This document shows, one piece after another, positions 42,915-55,085 of a DNA stretch of 64,000 nt (its first letter is position 1; each line of letters starts with the position of its first letter). Source of the DNA: a virus; the IMG/VR virus record IMGVR_UViG_3300009147_000001, positions 46,164 to 110,163 of that record; one strand, 5' to 3'. The notes below the pieces were generated by a model. The model made no database searches. It was not told where the DNA came from and worked only from the letters and a program-made list of their open reading frames with translations. The position numbers and the translations under genes are program-made.

Positions 42915-44391
42915 TGTGTATACAAGGTGCTATATAGCCCTATGTGGTCTATATAGTGCCTTCCGTACATATAAGGCAATTCGCGCAATTCTGTCCAATT
43001 GGCCAATTCTGGGTCAATTGGCCAAAATGAGGATAAATCTGCGGGGGCCTTCGTCATAGCCTCGCTGCCCCACAGCAGGGGTGGCTCAGGGTAAATATCC
43101 CCGACATCCACTAAACTACACACAAAGGATAAAACGACAGTGGAATACGAAAAGCACCGTAATGCTCAGGTTGACAGTAATGGTAATAACACCAAGTTTG
43201 CCGCCAAAAAGCGTAAGCGCCGTCGCCGTACCACACTCACCCCGGAGGCCATCTCGCGGCTATCCAACCGTGGTCCTGATCTTGACTCGCGCACTGCTGG
43301 CACCTCGTTCATTTGGTGACAGATTACCGTCATAAGCTGCTGACAAGATCGTGATGCATCAACCAACACTGATAAAGAATCCTATTAGTTGGGAGTAAAA
43401 ACAAATAAAAACAGGGGACAAATCACCCAAAACCGGGACAAGCGTGGACTTTGTTGCTCATGATCTTTTTGGGTACTCTTCCAGGAGCGCGATATTCCTG
43501 TGAGAACAAAACCGACATCTCGGTCTTTTTGATTTCGAGAATCAGTCCAAAACGGACAAATCGTCTCGTAAGGGATGTTAATTCGTAGGCGAGAAAACGC
43601 GTACCTTCGTCCAAAGCAGGGGAACAGACTCTTTCAGAATATGATGGTTTGTCCTGTGACGCACTTCACAAGATCACAAGCCATCCAGGAATCGGGACAA
43701 TTCGGACATTCTAGACATTTCACCCGATATCTAGACAAACCACCACGAAAGCCACGTAAAACATCACCCTCCCCTAACAACCCCGCCCCCCTCACCACGA
43801 AAAGGTCCGCAGATCCACATATCCGCAACTAAGGGTAACTAAAGTCCTATTTAAATAGGGACAAAATAGGACATACTAGGCGTGGGAGCGCTTCCAATGA
43901 CAGTTTATTGACTGACGGATTAGCTTCTTATCCGATAATATTCGCTGTCTACTCATCCGTTCGTACTAAGCATACCTACCCGAAAGTGAGTGGATCTCTC
44001 CTGTTGGATGAATAGATCACCTACTCTTGCCGTTTATCCGCTAACACATTAATTGTCAACACATCCAAATCAGACCCCACATGCAGCTCATCCCTCACAA
44101 TCCATTCACTACAATAAGTACTGTTTATTTTTAAACACCAACATCATCCGTTCGGAGGATGTCAAGATACTTAAGATAACGTTTATTCCCTGACACATTG
44201 ACCGTTCCCTATTAACTTGTCGATCCCTATCAATTTCCACCTGCGGCGCGCGGTGCCTGCCTGTGGGGGTCTGTCATGTCCCGCAGGGCCTCATGGATAG
44301 ACTTATATCGAACTAACCGTGCGTTCGTTGGGCCAGAGCCTGATGGCACCCAACCTCGTTTTTCCTTTTCTCACTGAGTCCTGTTTGGTCA

Positions 44392-44420
44392 TTGACACAA
44401 TAGTTGTTTTCTGCTAGGCT
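44392..44420 (+). promoter_or_regulatory. Principal-sigma promoter, probably leaderless mRNA
   Basis: TTGACA-N17-TAGGCT; ATG of 44427 starts 7 nt after the -10 and there is no RBS. Confidence 0.7.
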
Positions 44421-44426
44421 CAACGG

Positions 44427-45323
44427 ATGGCCATCAAACGAGTCGATGACATTCTCATCATTCTCAACGCAAACCTGATGTGGGACAGTCGAGTCATGGA
44501 TTTGCCCATTGAGGCAAGTATGGAAACAGCAATATGGCTAGATGCGCTATACACCAAGACCTTACTAGACAGTGACGCCAACCCAGACTTTTTGAATTCA
44601 GACCAATTAACCAAGAGTCAACAGCGTAAACTTAACTGGGTGACTCAAGCGCAAAGCTCGCACATTGGCCTCAATAGTGGCGAGGTGCGCGCCTGGTACG
44701 CGTGTTTGCGTACGTACAAACAACCACTTGTTAGTACCGACAAAAGGCTCACCGAGACTGGCTTAGCGGTGGCTGAGCAGATTTATGACATTTTGAGCAC
44801 AGCGCGGCAAAAGGATAAGGCCATTGTTGACCCTAAGCAGTGGACCCAAGCCGACCAAGCAATTCTTCGCGGCCGGCTCACCTGGCGTCAGGTGGGATTG
44901 CTGGCCATTATTTATGCCGCGCTCGATGAGGCCATTGCGCGCTACGATGCCGATACTCCCGCGTTGCCCACTCCCGAGCGCACCGCAGGAGCGGATTTGA
45001 CTTTGGCGGTAACGACACGTATTCGCACCGAATCCCCGATGGCGTACTTATCCGGTGATATCAACAATTACGCCGAAACCGTGCATGCCATTGCTTATGT
45101 GCTAAATGCCAAGACCCCGGACAATCCAGACATTACCGCCTTTGTCCCGATGAGCAGCTTGGGGGGTAAAGGCAGAACGGACACGGCTGAGTTGGCGAAA
45201 TTGGGCCTCATTGACATACGTACCGTGCACGATGGCTCCCGAGGCCGGCCCAAGGTTGGCATTTCGCCCACCCGGTGGGGCACGTTGTTGCTGCGTGAAC
45301 TCACACTTCGGCACTTGATCTGA
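44427..45323 (+). CDS. Hypothetical protein, possible C-terminal winged helix
   Basis: LAKLGLI...RGRPK..SPTRWG pattern. Confidence 0.6.
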   Translation: MAIKRVDDILIILNANLMWDSRVMDLPIEASMETAIWLDALYTKTLLDSDANPDFLNSDQLTKSQQRKLNWVTQAQSSHIGLNSGEVRAWYACLRTYKQPLVSTDKRLTETGLAVAEQIYDILSTARQKDKAIVDPKQWTQADQAILRGRLTWRQVGLLAIIYAALDEAIARYDADTPALPTPERTAGADLTLAVTTRIRTESPMAYLSGDINNYAETVHAIAYVLNAKTPDNPDITAFVPMSSLGGKGRTDTAELAKLGLIDIRTVHDGSRGRPKVGISPTRWGTLLLRELTLRHLI

Positions 45324-45465
45324 GCTATCCAACCCAGCACAGCAGAAAAAATCTTGAAAAATGCTGCACCAGTGGGACTAGCAGGCCCTACGGGTGTGTT
45401 ATAGTAGGTGTACCGGCAACACCGCCGTACACCAAGGTTTCCAAACCGAAAGGGACACACCGACC

Positions 45466-46194
45466 ATGACTACCAGCACCGACCCGGGCGTGGACATCTT
45501 TGCCGAGTTGCCAACGATGGACTCGCCGGCAACCACGACCACGACCGAAACCACCACGGACACGAACACTGACACGGACACGAACACTGACACTGACAAC
45601 GCTGAGCAGGTAGAAATCGACAACCGCGTCATTCTTGACGAGGCACCCGACGGTACCGTGTCCGTCACCGAGTTCGCTCAGCTCATGACCAGGGAGGCTT
45701 TCCTGGCCGTACATAACGCTGGCGGCGAGTTCACTGGCCGCGAGATGGTCTTGCCTCAGGACGTCTACCAGGCGGTTCGGGCCAAGAACAACCCGGTTCC
45801 GCATGTTTTGGTGGCAAATCCTGACTCGGACAAGGCACCTCGTATTTACATTCTGCTCGACCAGGCTCGGTCGGTTTGGGCCGACCGGGTAGCCCGTAAT
45901 GCCTCCCGGGGCACCGGAGTAACCACCACGTCCAAGCGTGACCTTGACGAGCTGCGTGAGCTGTTCCCGAAGGCACTGGCCAAGCGGTTCTACGCCACCG
46001 AGCGCGCGGAGCTGTGGGCGGCTCGACGCGATCAGGCGGTCGCGCTGACCGACAAGTACGTGACCTGGCTGGGCGAGCACGGCACCTCCGACGAGGATAT
46101 CGAGGCCATTCGGGCGCAGGCCTGGACTGCCTACACGGCCGAGCGCGAGGCTACCGCAGCCAAGCGTAAGCGCACCACGGACTCATCCGAGTAA
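45466..46194 (+). CDS. Hypothetical protein with T/D low-complexity tract
   Basis: GAAAGGG RBS, high GC3. Confidence 0.7.
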   Translation: MTTSTDPGVDIFAELPTMDSPATTTTTETTTDTNTDTDTNTDTDNAEQVEIDNRVILDEAPDGTVSVTEFAQLMTREAFLAVHNAGGEFTGREMVLPQDVYQAVRAKNNPVPHVLVANPDSDKAPRIYILLDQARSVWADRVARNASRGTGVTTTSKRDLDELRELFPKALAKRFYATERAELWAARRDQAVALTDKYVTWLGEHGTSDEDIEAIRAQAWTAYTAEREATAAKRKRTTDSSE

Positions 46195-46579
46195 CAAGCC
46201 ATTCCATGATGGTCTTTGGTGATAGCCAGTAGCAATACTGGCTATTGCCATGGATAATCACCGAAGATTAAACAAAAAGGACGATAAACATTGGAAGTAT
46301 AACTGTCGCTCTTAACAGTATAGCGGCAGCTTAGGTGGAGGTGTACAATACAGGCAAAGACCTCCTCCATACAACAAAAAGTATACTATGTATTAAGTCG
46401 GTGCAGCGTTTTACGCTACATCGGTCGGATGTGGGACAAAAGGTATTCTAGAGTACTGACAAAACCCACACATCATATAAAACGGAATAAGTCATACGCG
46501 AGCCACGCGTTTCCCTGGCCAATCCACGAGGATAGACAACAATTGTTGTCTATCCTCTTGTGGTATGAATAAAGGATAA

Positions 46580-47068
46580 ATGAAATCAATTCGAGAAAAG
46601 GATGCAAAAGTGACACATCAGAGTAACATTGATAGCCTAATCGAGTTCGTTCAACTCATGGACGACATGGAGGCATCCCTAGCCATCGTTCGTCCGTATG
46701 TCGAACAGTTCAGTACTCTCCAGAAGGACGGGTATAGCATGAGTTCGATGTATGCAAACATACAGCGAAACGTCACGTCTATGAGCGATACCGTGCACGG
46801 CGTGCTGCGGCGGGCGGTCCGGGATCAGGCTGCCCAGCAACGAGAGCACGAGGAGCTCGACTCTCATGATCAAATTGGTGGACATCGAGTGCTTATCGAT
46901 GATGTATGGGGTGGCAACGACGACGAAGACAATGATGCCTATATGTACGGTAATGATCCCGAGGATTGTGTACCAGAGTCAGATGTTGTCGATGGTGATG
47001 ACGAGGATGAACACGGCAATACACTATCCGTTCGTCAGCTCACCGAGGAAAATACCAAGGAAACATGA
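46580..47068 (+). CDS. Hypothetical protein, acidic C-terminus
   Basis: AAAGGA RBS. Confidence 0.6.
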   Translation: MKSIREKDAKVTHQSNIDSLIEFVQLMDDMEASLAIVRPYVEQFSTLQKDGYSMSSMYANIQRNVTSMSDTVHGVLRRAVRDQAAQQREHEELDSHDQIGGHRVLIDDVWGGNDDEDNDAYMYGNDPEDCVPESDVVDGDDEDEHGNTLSVRQLTEENTKET

Positions 47069-49119
47069 TGGCCCTTGATGAATACGTAAAAGAGGTCATT
47101 GTCGAGGTTTTGTGCGATCTGGCACTGGCTGATCATCTTAGTGATGTGCGTCATGCGGAGCGCGGGCTGTGGGACCTGCTGGGCATACGTCATCCAATCT
47201 ATGATCACGATAGTGCCTGGCAGAATACTAAGGCCACCCTGACTCGGGCAGGCATTGCCCTGCCCGACTATCTGTCCGAGGATTGATAGTTTTTAGTGGT
47301 AGGCATTCGACGGAATGCCTATCGCCATGAATTATCAACGAGCAAAAGGACACAATTATGAGACTCAGTAGACCATGTTATGATAAGTACCATCGCTGCC
47401 CAGGTTGGGTCGGTGGTGGTGGTAAGTACGCCAAAACAACCAGATGCAATAACGGCAGGATTATGGTAAACTACGATAACAATTGGTGGCGTTGGGCGGT
47501 TCACCGCTGCAATACCTGTGATGTTGTCGTATTCCCGTACTATGCACATTGGCTGGACCCCACCTGGTTGTGGTATGAGCTGAAGTGGTTTCTGCGCAAT
47601 CCTTCAGATAGATTGTACAGCATGAAACTACGCATCATGGGATGGTTTATCCGATGATAACCATAACACCAGGAGCAATTCGAGTCTCGACGGTCCGAAC
47701 CATTCATGATCTCGATGAGGTCAAGGTCTGGGAAATAGACTTACACTCGAAATATGCCGAAGTGGTATTGTATAGTGGAAATGCCGTCGGCCTGGGTGCC
47801 AATGACCATACGCTCAATACAGATACTGATAGGGAAAATTCGCTTACGTGGATTCAATTGCCGATACCTGACGATTGGACGCTCATTGCCATATGTTCCC
47901 GGTATACCTGTCGAGTTGCCGCTTGGTTGGAAAAAGAGGGAAAAATTAAGATAGAACTGGAGTAAGCTAAATGCCAATTCTGAATAATAAATATGATCAT
48001 GTCAAGGTCTATCGACCCAGTGGTACCAAGTATGCCGTTGGGGTAAGTAAGGATGTCGATGACCTGTACGTGGCAATTGGGTTCGCTAAGGAATCCTTTC
48101 TCGCCGAGTTCGGTCGGTACCCACAGATGAATAAAACAGTCATTGAGATAATAATTACTGATAAGAGTATCATGGCACTCATCTACGAAATACCGTGGGA
48201 TGAGTGATGCTGCGCTATCTTAGTGTCATGGGTATTATTCTGGCTACCGTGGGTGGCATCACCATTGTCATCAGTGTGGACCAATTCTGGCGTGGCTGTA
48301 TCGTCTATGGTGTCGGCGCGCTGACGATGGTGGTCGTAGAATGGATGGATGATTAGCTGTGTTCTTCTCGATGTCCCAGACGGTAACTGACGGGAATTTA
48401 CAATGGCAAAATAAACATTGCCCTGCGCTATGCAGGTCCCATAATGGATTATTTGCCATTCTCGTGGGTGTTCATGGACGGTACCTTCAGCAGAGACTGG
48501 ATAATCAATAATGTTCATAGTTTATGTTCTCAGTCTCGGCCTAGTGCTCTGGCTGTGGGTGTTGACCGCCTTAGCCGCAGTGTTCCACATTCTGGCCCGA
48601 GCAATTCTTCACACCTGAAATGGACAACCAAAAATGGACACTTGGTATGAAGTCGAGCACTACCTCGAAGATTTCGGCGAGTGGTGGATCGACAATGATC
48701 CACAATTCAACCCCGCGCACCCACGCTGGCCCAGTGAGCAGTCGGCTATCCAGCGGGCAAATCAGATTTTCCGGATGCTTGGCCATAACACTAAGGTGAT
48801 AAAGGTCGAGCAAAAGAGAACGACTGTTTACGACATCGTGCGTGATGGTTTTAAATGATAGTTTTTAGTGATGGACATTCAATCGAATGTCTATCGCTAT
48901 GAATTATCAACGATGGGACTGCTATATGTGTGATAAGGATGTACTAGAATACCTAATAAGTCAAGCCGAGGAATATCAGGCTCGGGCGCATAAAGCGGAG
49001 TTGGCCTTAGCCAATCAGACGCATGAAGTAGAATTGGCCTTAGCCGTCCGGCCGTCGTTGTGGGAAATCTTTTTGTTGGGTACCCTTGTCGGATTCATGA
49101 TTGCCATAGCAGTGTTGAC

Positions 49120-49569
49120 ATGGTAACCTCACTAGGGTTTAGCGGCACTCGGGCAGACCTTACCTACCACCAAAAATTACACATTATCAATGAGTTGGAA
49201 AAAATTTATCGCCGATGGATACTTTATTCTAGTCCATCCGAATTCCACCATGGTGATTGCGTCGGTGCTGATGATTATGCAGCAAAGATTGCGAGTACGT
49301 TAAACTTTGTCATCATTGCCCATCCATCACGTCTAGAAAACTACCGAGCCTACAGTACAATTAATGACCATGTTTATCTGCCAAAAGAGCCAATTGCGCG
49401 TAACCATGACATTGTTGATGCTTCCACTATTTTACTTGCTGCTCCCCATACCGCAACGGAACAGGTAAGATCGGGTACTTGGGCCACTATTCGGTACGCC
49501 CGACAGTTGGCCCGAGAGATTCACATTATAAACCCTGATGGGTCGATAGTGAGGGAGAATGGGCGATGA
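49120..49569 (+). CDS. SLOG (DprA/YspA-like) family protein
   Basis: GFSGTR, HHGDCVGAD, ARNHDIVD, SGTWATIRYA. Confidence 0.75.
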   Translation: MVTSLGFSGTRADLTYHQKLHIINELEKIYRRWILYSSPSEFHHGDCVGADDYAAKIASTLNFVIIAHPSRLENYRAYSTINDHVYLPKEPIARNHDIVDASTILLAAPHTATEQVRSGTWATIRYARQLAREIHIINPDGSIVRENGR

Positions 49570-49949
49570 CCAACACCGTTGATTACGTGTTCGAGGATGT
49601 CGATGATCAGGGACGCCCCGCTATTGTCAGGTATACCGTGCCTGATGATGTAGTACCCACCACAACCGAGGAGATCGAGGCTGCCGCGATAGCGGTTGCC
49701 TGGCAGTCACTCGGTGAGTATGATAGATCGACGACCAGTGAACAGACAAAAGGGACATAATGGTTGATAATATAGCACAAGGACTGTGTATCCTCGGATT
49801 AGTATTGATTGTCATCGGCGTTATCACAATGCGACGTGATTGATGAGCAATCGGTGGCTTATTATTACTATATTATTGTGGACACCGACTATTCTCTCCA
49901 TTACGTTTGTCTTGGGCGGACTACTAGGAGTATTTCTGAGGAATAGATA

Positions 49950-50438
49950 ATGGAAACTGACATCACCAGAGACATACTTTTGACTGCACTACCACATAAG
50001 AGCAAGAAAGATATTATCGTCGGTGAAACGGTGTGGCTTATCTCTAGCGTGGACTGTATTTTCTTCGTTTCCCAATTGGCATCTTCTACTAATCCACTCC
50101 GAAAATATACGGTATGGCGCTATAACAATGGAGAGACGACCCAATTGAGCAAGGATAAACAGTACTCTCATCGGTCAGGTGTGCACCGTCGGTGCAGAAC
50201 GGAATACACCAAGATGAGCGGGATGGATAGTTACGGGGGAACATCACTGCTTGATCTAGAAAGTGGTACTGACGCTAAAGCAAAGATTATTGAATTGGAA
50301 GCAACGATTGCTTTCATTCGTCACAATGTATTGCTCCTCACCGATCAGCCATATATCCCAAACATGCAAGCTTTCCGAAATGCACTGTTTCCTAACAAAG
50401 AAGATCTAAGAAACGCGAGTTTAAAACATGACATTTAA
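49950..50438 (+). CDS. Hypothetical protein
   Basis: GAGGA RBS. Confidence 0.55.
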   Translation: METDITRDILLTALPHKSKKDIIVGETVWLISSVDCIFFVSQLASSTNPLRKYTVWRYNNGETTQLSKDKQYSHRSGVHRRCRTEYTKMSGMDSYGGTSLLDLESGTDAKAKIIELEATIAFIRHNVLLLTDQPYIPNMQAFRNALFPNKEDLRNASLKHDI

Positions 50439-50880
50439 CTGGAAATTCTGGCAACGTACACCCAAGAAATCCACGGAGTCAGTAACAACACCTGGACCAT
50501 TGACTCCTCTTCAGATACGTAAACTGTGGACTGCGGCGCTACGGTCAGGTCAATATCGCAAGGGTACCGGCAGGCTGAAAAGGCTGGATGGTAGCTATTG
50601 CTGCCTCGGTGTGTTGTGTGAACTAGCCGTCGCGCATGGAATTATTCGTCCGCCACGTCTTGACGGTGATTGTTACACGTACGATCCTGACAACAAATGG
50701 GCAGTACTGCCGACTATAGTGGCCAACTGGGCGGGACTATCACCAGCAAATCCCGTTGTCTACTATATAAGTCCGTATAGTGGCGTTAGTCAACGTCACG
50801 ATTTGGCGTTTATCAATGACTACACCGACTCAACGTTCCCCGAGATTGCTGACATGATTGATCGGGAGTTCAACACATGA
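50428..50880 (+). CDS. Conserved phage hypothetical protein
   Basis: ALRSGQY..G..L..YCCLGVLC...ND...F.EIAD pattern. Confidence 0.7.
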   Translation: MTFNWKFWQRTPKKSTESVTTPGPLTPLQIRKLWTAALRSGQYRKGTGRLKRLDGSYCCLGVLCELAVAHGIIRPPRLDGDCYTYDPDNKWAVLPTIVANWAGLSPANPVVYYISPYSGVSQRHDLAFINDYTDSTFPEIADMIDREFNT

Positions 50881-53079
50881 GACTGGGCACGTGGCGCATT
50901 CGCCGTCATCATCGAGCCATCGTTAAGCAATTCGGCCCCCATGTCATGGATGAGAATGATCAAAATGCACGTTATGTGCGTGACGGTGCGCCAGACTGTT
51001 TGGTGGGGCACATCCTCTATCGAGCTGGTTGGACCATCGATGAACTCAAAAGCGTGGACAATGTGTGGGATAGCACAGTACCGGTGAATATTAGTTTCGA
51101 GGATCCTGACCTGCACCATAAGAACCACTTGTTTTTGCATCGGGTCACCTTAGCCGGTCGAAAAATGTTGGCCAAAGCTCAAGAACGTCAAGATGAAGGC
51201 ATGGCCTGGAAATACTGTATCTGATAATATTGATTGATTGAGAGTTTAATAATGGGTGATAGAGGTAATATCTATGTCCATGAGGGTGATGAACCTGGGG
51301 TGTACTTGTATACCCATTGGGGTGCATCACGTCTGGATGAGCGATTGCGTACTGCCCTCACTCGTGGGCAAACGCGCTGGGATGATACACCATATCTGAC
51401 CAGAATCATCTTTTCCGAGATGATCCGCGATGATGTCGACGGACTAACGGGCTATGGTATCAGTACTCAGTTAACTAAGGGAAGAGTAGTTATTGATATA
51501 GATACTGCTCGGCAGTGTGTCAACGGGCATGTGTCGTTTGTTAACTATATAGGTAGCGAATGAACAAAGGACAGGAGTGGTGTGAGATTACTCATTTCGC
51601 TCATATTATGTGGCTTGGCCAGCACAATTGTTCTGGCAAGTTGCGCAATTTTTGTCTACCGAAGTACGTGGAAGGACGATCAGTCCAATGGATGACACCA
51701 CTCAGGTTATTCCGAAAATAACCGATAATACTTCCTGGCCAACGGCTGACGTGGTGACGGCAGAAATAGCGAAAATCACCCGTCGTCAGCCACATTTGGT
51801 GCATGTACGCACGGTTATTACTGTAGATAACGACGAAATAATCTTTGATGCCTCCGCGTCTGGTGATATTGATACCGGTGAAGCAATGCATTGGCTACGC
51901 CGTACCGTCAATGACGTTGTGGAAGAGTGGATTGAAGCGCGTGGCCAAGGTCCACGAGAACGATGAGTCATAGTTTTTGATCGTACACTACAGTGTAGTG
52001 TGCGGTCATGTTCTATGAAATGACTTAAAATGAATTAGGTAAAACGAAAAAACGGTTACAGAAGTAGATTCCATCGAATAGAAAAAAGGAGCACACGATC
52101 ATGACAACGAGCCGGCCCTGCGCGGTGTGTGGCCAGCCCTTCCGACCACCCTCACGGCGCGGTAGACCACCCACGAAATGCGATGCGTGCCTGACCACCA
52201 CCCTGACTGGACTAAGGGAACTGACCGCTCGTGAGCACCGAGCCGAATTAGATGATAGTATCAGAACATACAGAGTCGAAGACAGAATTGACTACCTAGA
52301 ATTGATGCTTAGAGCAAGAGGTACTCATATTAGTCAACATCGAGGAGATTACGATTAAAATCTGGAGTCACGGTGAATAGAAACGGGATACGCTTAACGA
52401 TATATCTATCGATAGTAATCCCAACTATGATAGTCAGTAGCATAGTAAGTTGGTATGTAAAACTACCACCGTTACTTGATATAATTATCTATGTCCTCCT
52501 TATATTTATCATCCTGACCGTATCAGAAGATCTAACGGACATGTGGATAAAACGGAAGAATAAAGGAAAAGATGATGCACATATTTCATAAATGGACACA
52601 ATGGGAAGACGATGTAATGAGGGTTTATACTTTCAGTCAGCGTACTTCTGTTATCGCAAGCGTACAGCGTCGACGCTGCACCAAGTGTGGCAAAGTCGTC
52701 ACAAGAACCATTTAATATGTGTCAATTTATTGACACTAAAATTGCGCTCGCAGAAAAATTCATAAAAGGTCACAAGGGATTGGGAAGTGGAGGTACTAGT
52801 TGACAAAGGCAAGCGAGGTAACCGTCGTGATGGTCCATGAAAAAGACACCACGAATACCCAACGGTTCAAAGAACAAGTAGAGTCGGGCCAGAGACCTAT
52901 TATTGGCACCCTGTACATACCAAACTCTACGTTGAAACTATTAGGTGACCCAACAACCATTGTAGTTACTGTACGGGCGGACACATAGCCATGATGCGTT
53001 GCATTATCTGTAAGGCGCCAGAAAAGAACGGGAAAATCACCCACAACAGAGGCTGTCCTGACTATCTGAAGGATAAAAA

Positions 53080-53454
53080 ATGACCACAATCGGCGATCTT
53101 GACCTCGTTCAGCGCGTGGTAGCGCGGGGTGTGCGTATTCTCGACCGAGAAGGCCCAGCGGACTGGTATAACCACGTCGACCTAACCAACCTTGATCTTA
53201 CCACCGGCGACGATTGCATTCTCGGTCAGCTTTGGCACTACTATCACGCGGGTACACCGTCCGACACAAACCCTGACGATGGCTTCGATAGTTTCCTCAA
53301 AATTTATGGTTGGTCCGTCCAGGAAGCGGCCAATAATGGATTCCTCCAATGGGGATATGCCGATGATCCTAACCTCACGGGACGCACCACTCCCATTGAT
53401 CTTCTGACGGCCGAATGGACTCGCGTCATTCAAGCCAGACGTGGAGAAGAATGA
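53080..53454 (+). CDS. Conserved phage hypothetical protein
   Basis: G..LD...W...DL..LD..CILGQL pattern. Confidence 0.65.
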   Translation: MTTIGDLDLVQRVVARGVRILDREGPADWYNHVDLTNLDLTTGDDCILGQLWHYYHAGTPSDTNPDDGFDSFLKIYGWSVQEAANNGFLQWGYADDPNLTGRTTPIDLLTAEWTRVIQARRGEE

Positions 53455-54677
53455 TCATATTTTTCCTCATATTGTTCACTATTCTCGGTGGTATAATTGG
53501 ATGGGTCCTCAAAGGACTATACGATGAACTCCACGAAGAAGATTGAATGTGGCCGCTCAGTCAACAAGTCCTAGGACTTTGATAGTATATCTTCTCCGAA
53601 GATATGCTGTCATGGTGTTATGGATAAGGGGAGATTATGGCAAGGCTGAGTAATAATGCAGTGGGTACGCTTAATAATCTTCGAGTATGGTGTACCCACT
53701 GCGGTCGTAAGTGTGGCACATTTGCCAGAGGGTCAACTAAGTTGTATGGAAGTTGGGTCTGCTATCCAAATGTAGCCGGTGAATTGAACTGCTATGATTT
53801 GGTACTCAATCATGGCCACGCCGCTGACTCCTGTGGTCAGTGTTGGACAGATGAGGAGAAGCCGCCACCGCCAAAAATTAGAACAGCAGAGACCAGTCCA
53901 TTTAGTTAGAATGACAATATTTTTGAGGAACAATGACGAATAATATTGTTGATGATATTCAGGTAAAGATCCTCCATAATGGCGAATTCGATACAAACGT
54001 ACATATTATTGTTGATGCGAGTACGGTGATTCATGTACTCAATGAGCATAAGGTTGAGATACAGGTGCCATTTTTGCTCATACGCAGGATTGTCTTTGAA
54101 TATTTAAGGCAGACAGCAATTAATGAAATACGTGCCATGGACGATGATGATTTTCAGGGTATTTTCTTGGGTATTTAGCGATTTGTCCCTCATGTCCGAT
54201 ACATCCTTTATAGCTGATCATGAATATCTATAGCGCGCTGACCAGCCAAAATGCCAATTGCTTCAATTGCTTGACAGTCCTGGCAGCACCGGCTACAGTG
54301 GAGAGCGTTGGCGGGCACGCTGGACACCGAGACTTGTCAACTACACAGGATTTGACGAACATTACCTCGCTCACTGCGGCCGGTAATGAGTGGGTTCCTG
54401 GTGAACCTCGTGGCGCCCGGAGTGTTTTGTCCTTTTGGCTTCGCGAGCGACACGGGAAATGTATCTGGACCCCTTTCCAAGGGGTTTTCTGTCCGTTTCC
54501 CTCTTGGGTATGGCGCGAAGATACAATGTTCACAGTCCGACACACTAATCTACGGTAGTGTGCTGCTAAGGGATTTACTGTTCCTACGGACAAAACAGTA
54601 GACGTCTGGCTTAGTATGAGCACTAAGCCCGGCATATGGTCAGCCCCACCATAAGACACAACGGGGCACTTACCTGA

Positions 54678-54778
54678 GGGGATGACAGGGTAAGAGCTGA
54701 GACGTGTCATATAGTACACACTATACGAGGAATGAGCCTTCGGATCAGCTAACCGCCGTTCGATTCGGCGCATCTCCA
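54678..54778 (+). ncRNA. Mini tmRNA-like RNA (tRNA-like domain only)
   Basis: GGGGATG/CATCTCC acceptor with G3.U70 and A73, no D stem, AGCTGA/TCAGCT helix, T arm CGCCG-TTCGATT-CGGCG. Confidence 0.65.
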
Positions 54779-54861
54779 CGAGGTTGCGCGATCCAACCAA
54801 TAAAAGTTCGGTGAAGGACAGGTGAAGGACACACTATAACAAATGTCCATGATCGCTTAAT

Positions 54862-54933
54862 TCTCGCATAGTTTAATAGGCAGAACGCTGCGCTCTGGAC
54901 GCAGAGGTTATAGTTCGAATCTATGTGCGAGAG
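54862..54933 (+). tRNA. tRNA-Gln(CTG)
   Basis: Full cloverleaf, AC arm CTGCG-CTCTGGA-CGCAG. Confidence 0.9.
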
Positions 54934-54935
54934 CT

Positions 54936-55006
54936 GATGTGGGTCGATAGTAATTGGTTATCTTCTTATAACAGGTTAGGCCGATTGCTGATAACATATC
55001 CACATC
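54936..55006 (+). ncRNA. Y RNA-like scaffold E1 (short cargo, CTTATAA loop)
   Basis: GATGTGG/CCACATC stem, GGGTCGA, GGTTAT, CATATCC. Confidence 0.75.
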
Positions 55007-55016
55007 GTGAGAGTTG

Positions 55017-55085
55017 GTTCGGGTCGAAGATAATCGGTTATCTCACTGCAAATGACACGCCGATCATCAATCATTATATCCGAAC
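55017..55085 (+). ncRNA. Y RNA-like scaffold E2 (Cys-GCA anticodon-like hairpin cargo)
   Basis: GTTCGG/CCGAAC stem, GGGTCGAAG, cargo TCA-CTGCAAA-TGA. Confidence 0.78.

Noticed and set aside
32098-52019. Integron attC cassette array
   Set aside because: No consistent RYYYAAC/GTTRRRY core sites and no tyrosine integrase in the window; wobble pattern fits plus-strand RNA stems.
31977-54000. Minus-strand ORFs in the small-gene region
   Set aside because: Antisense to RBS-bearing plus-strand genes.
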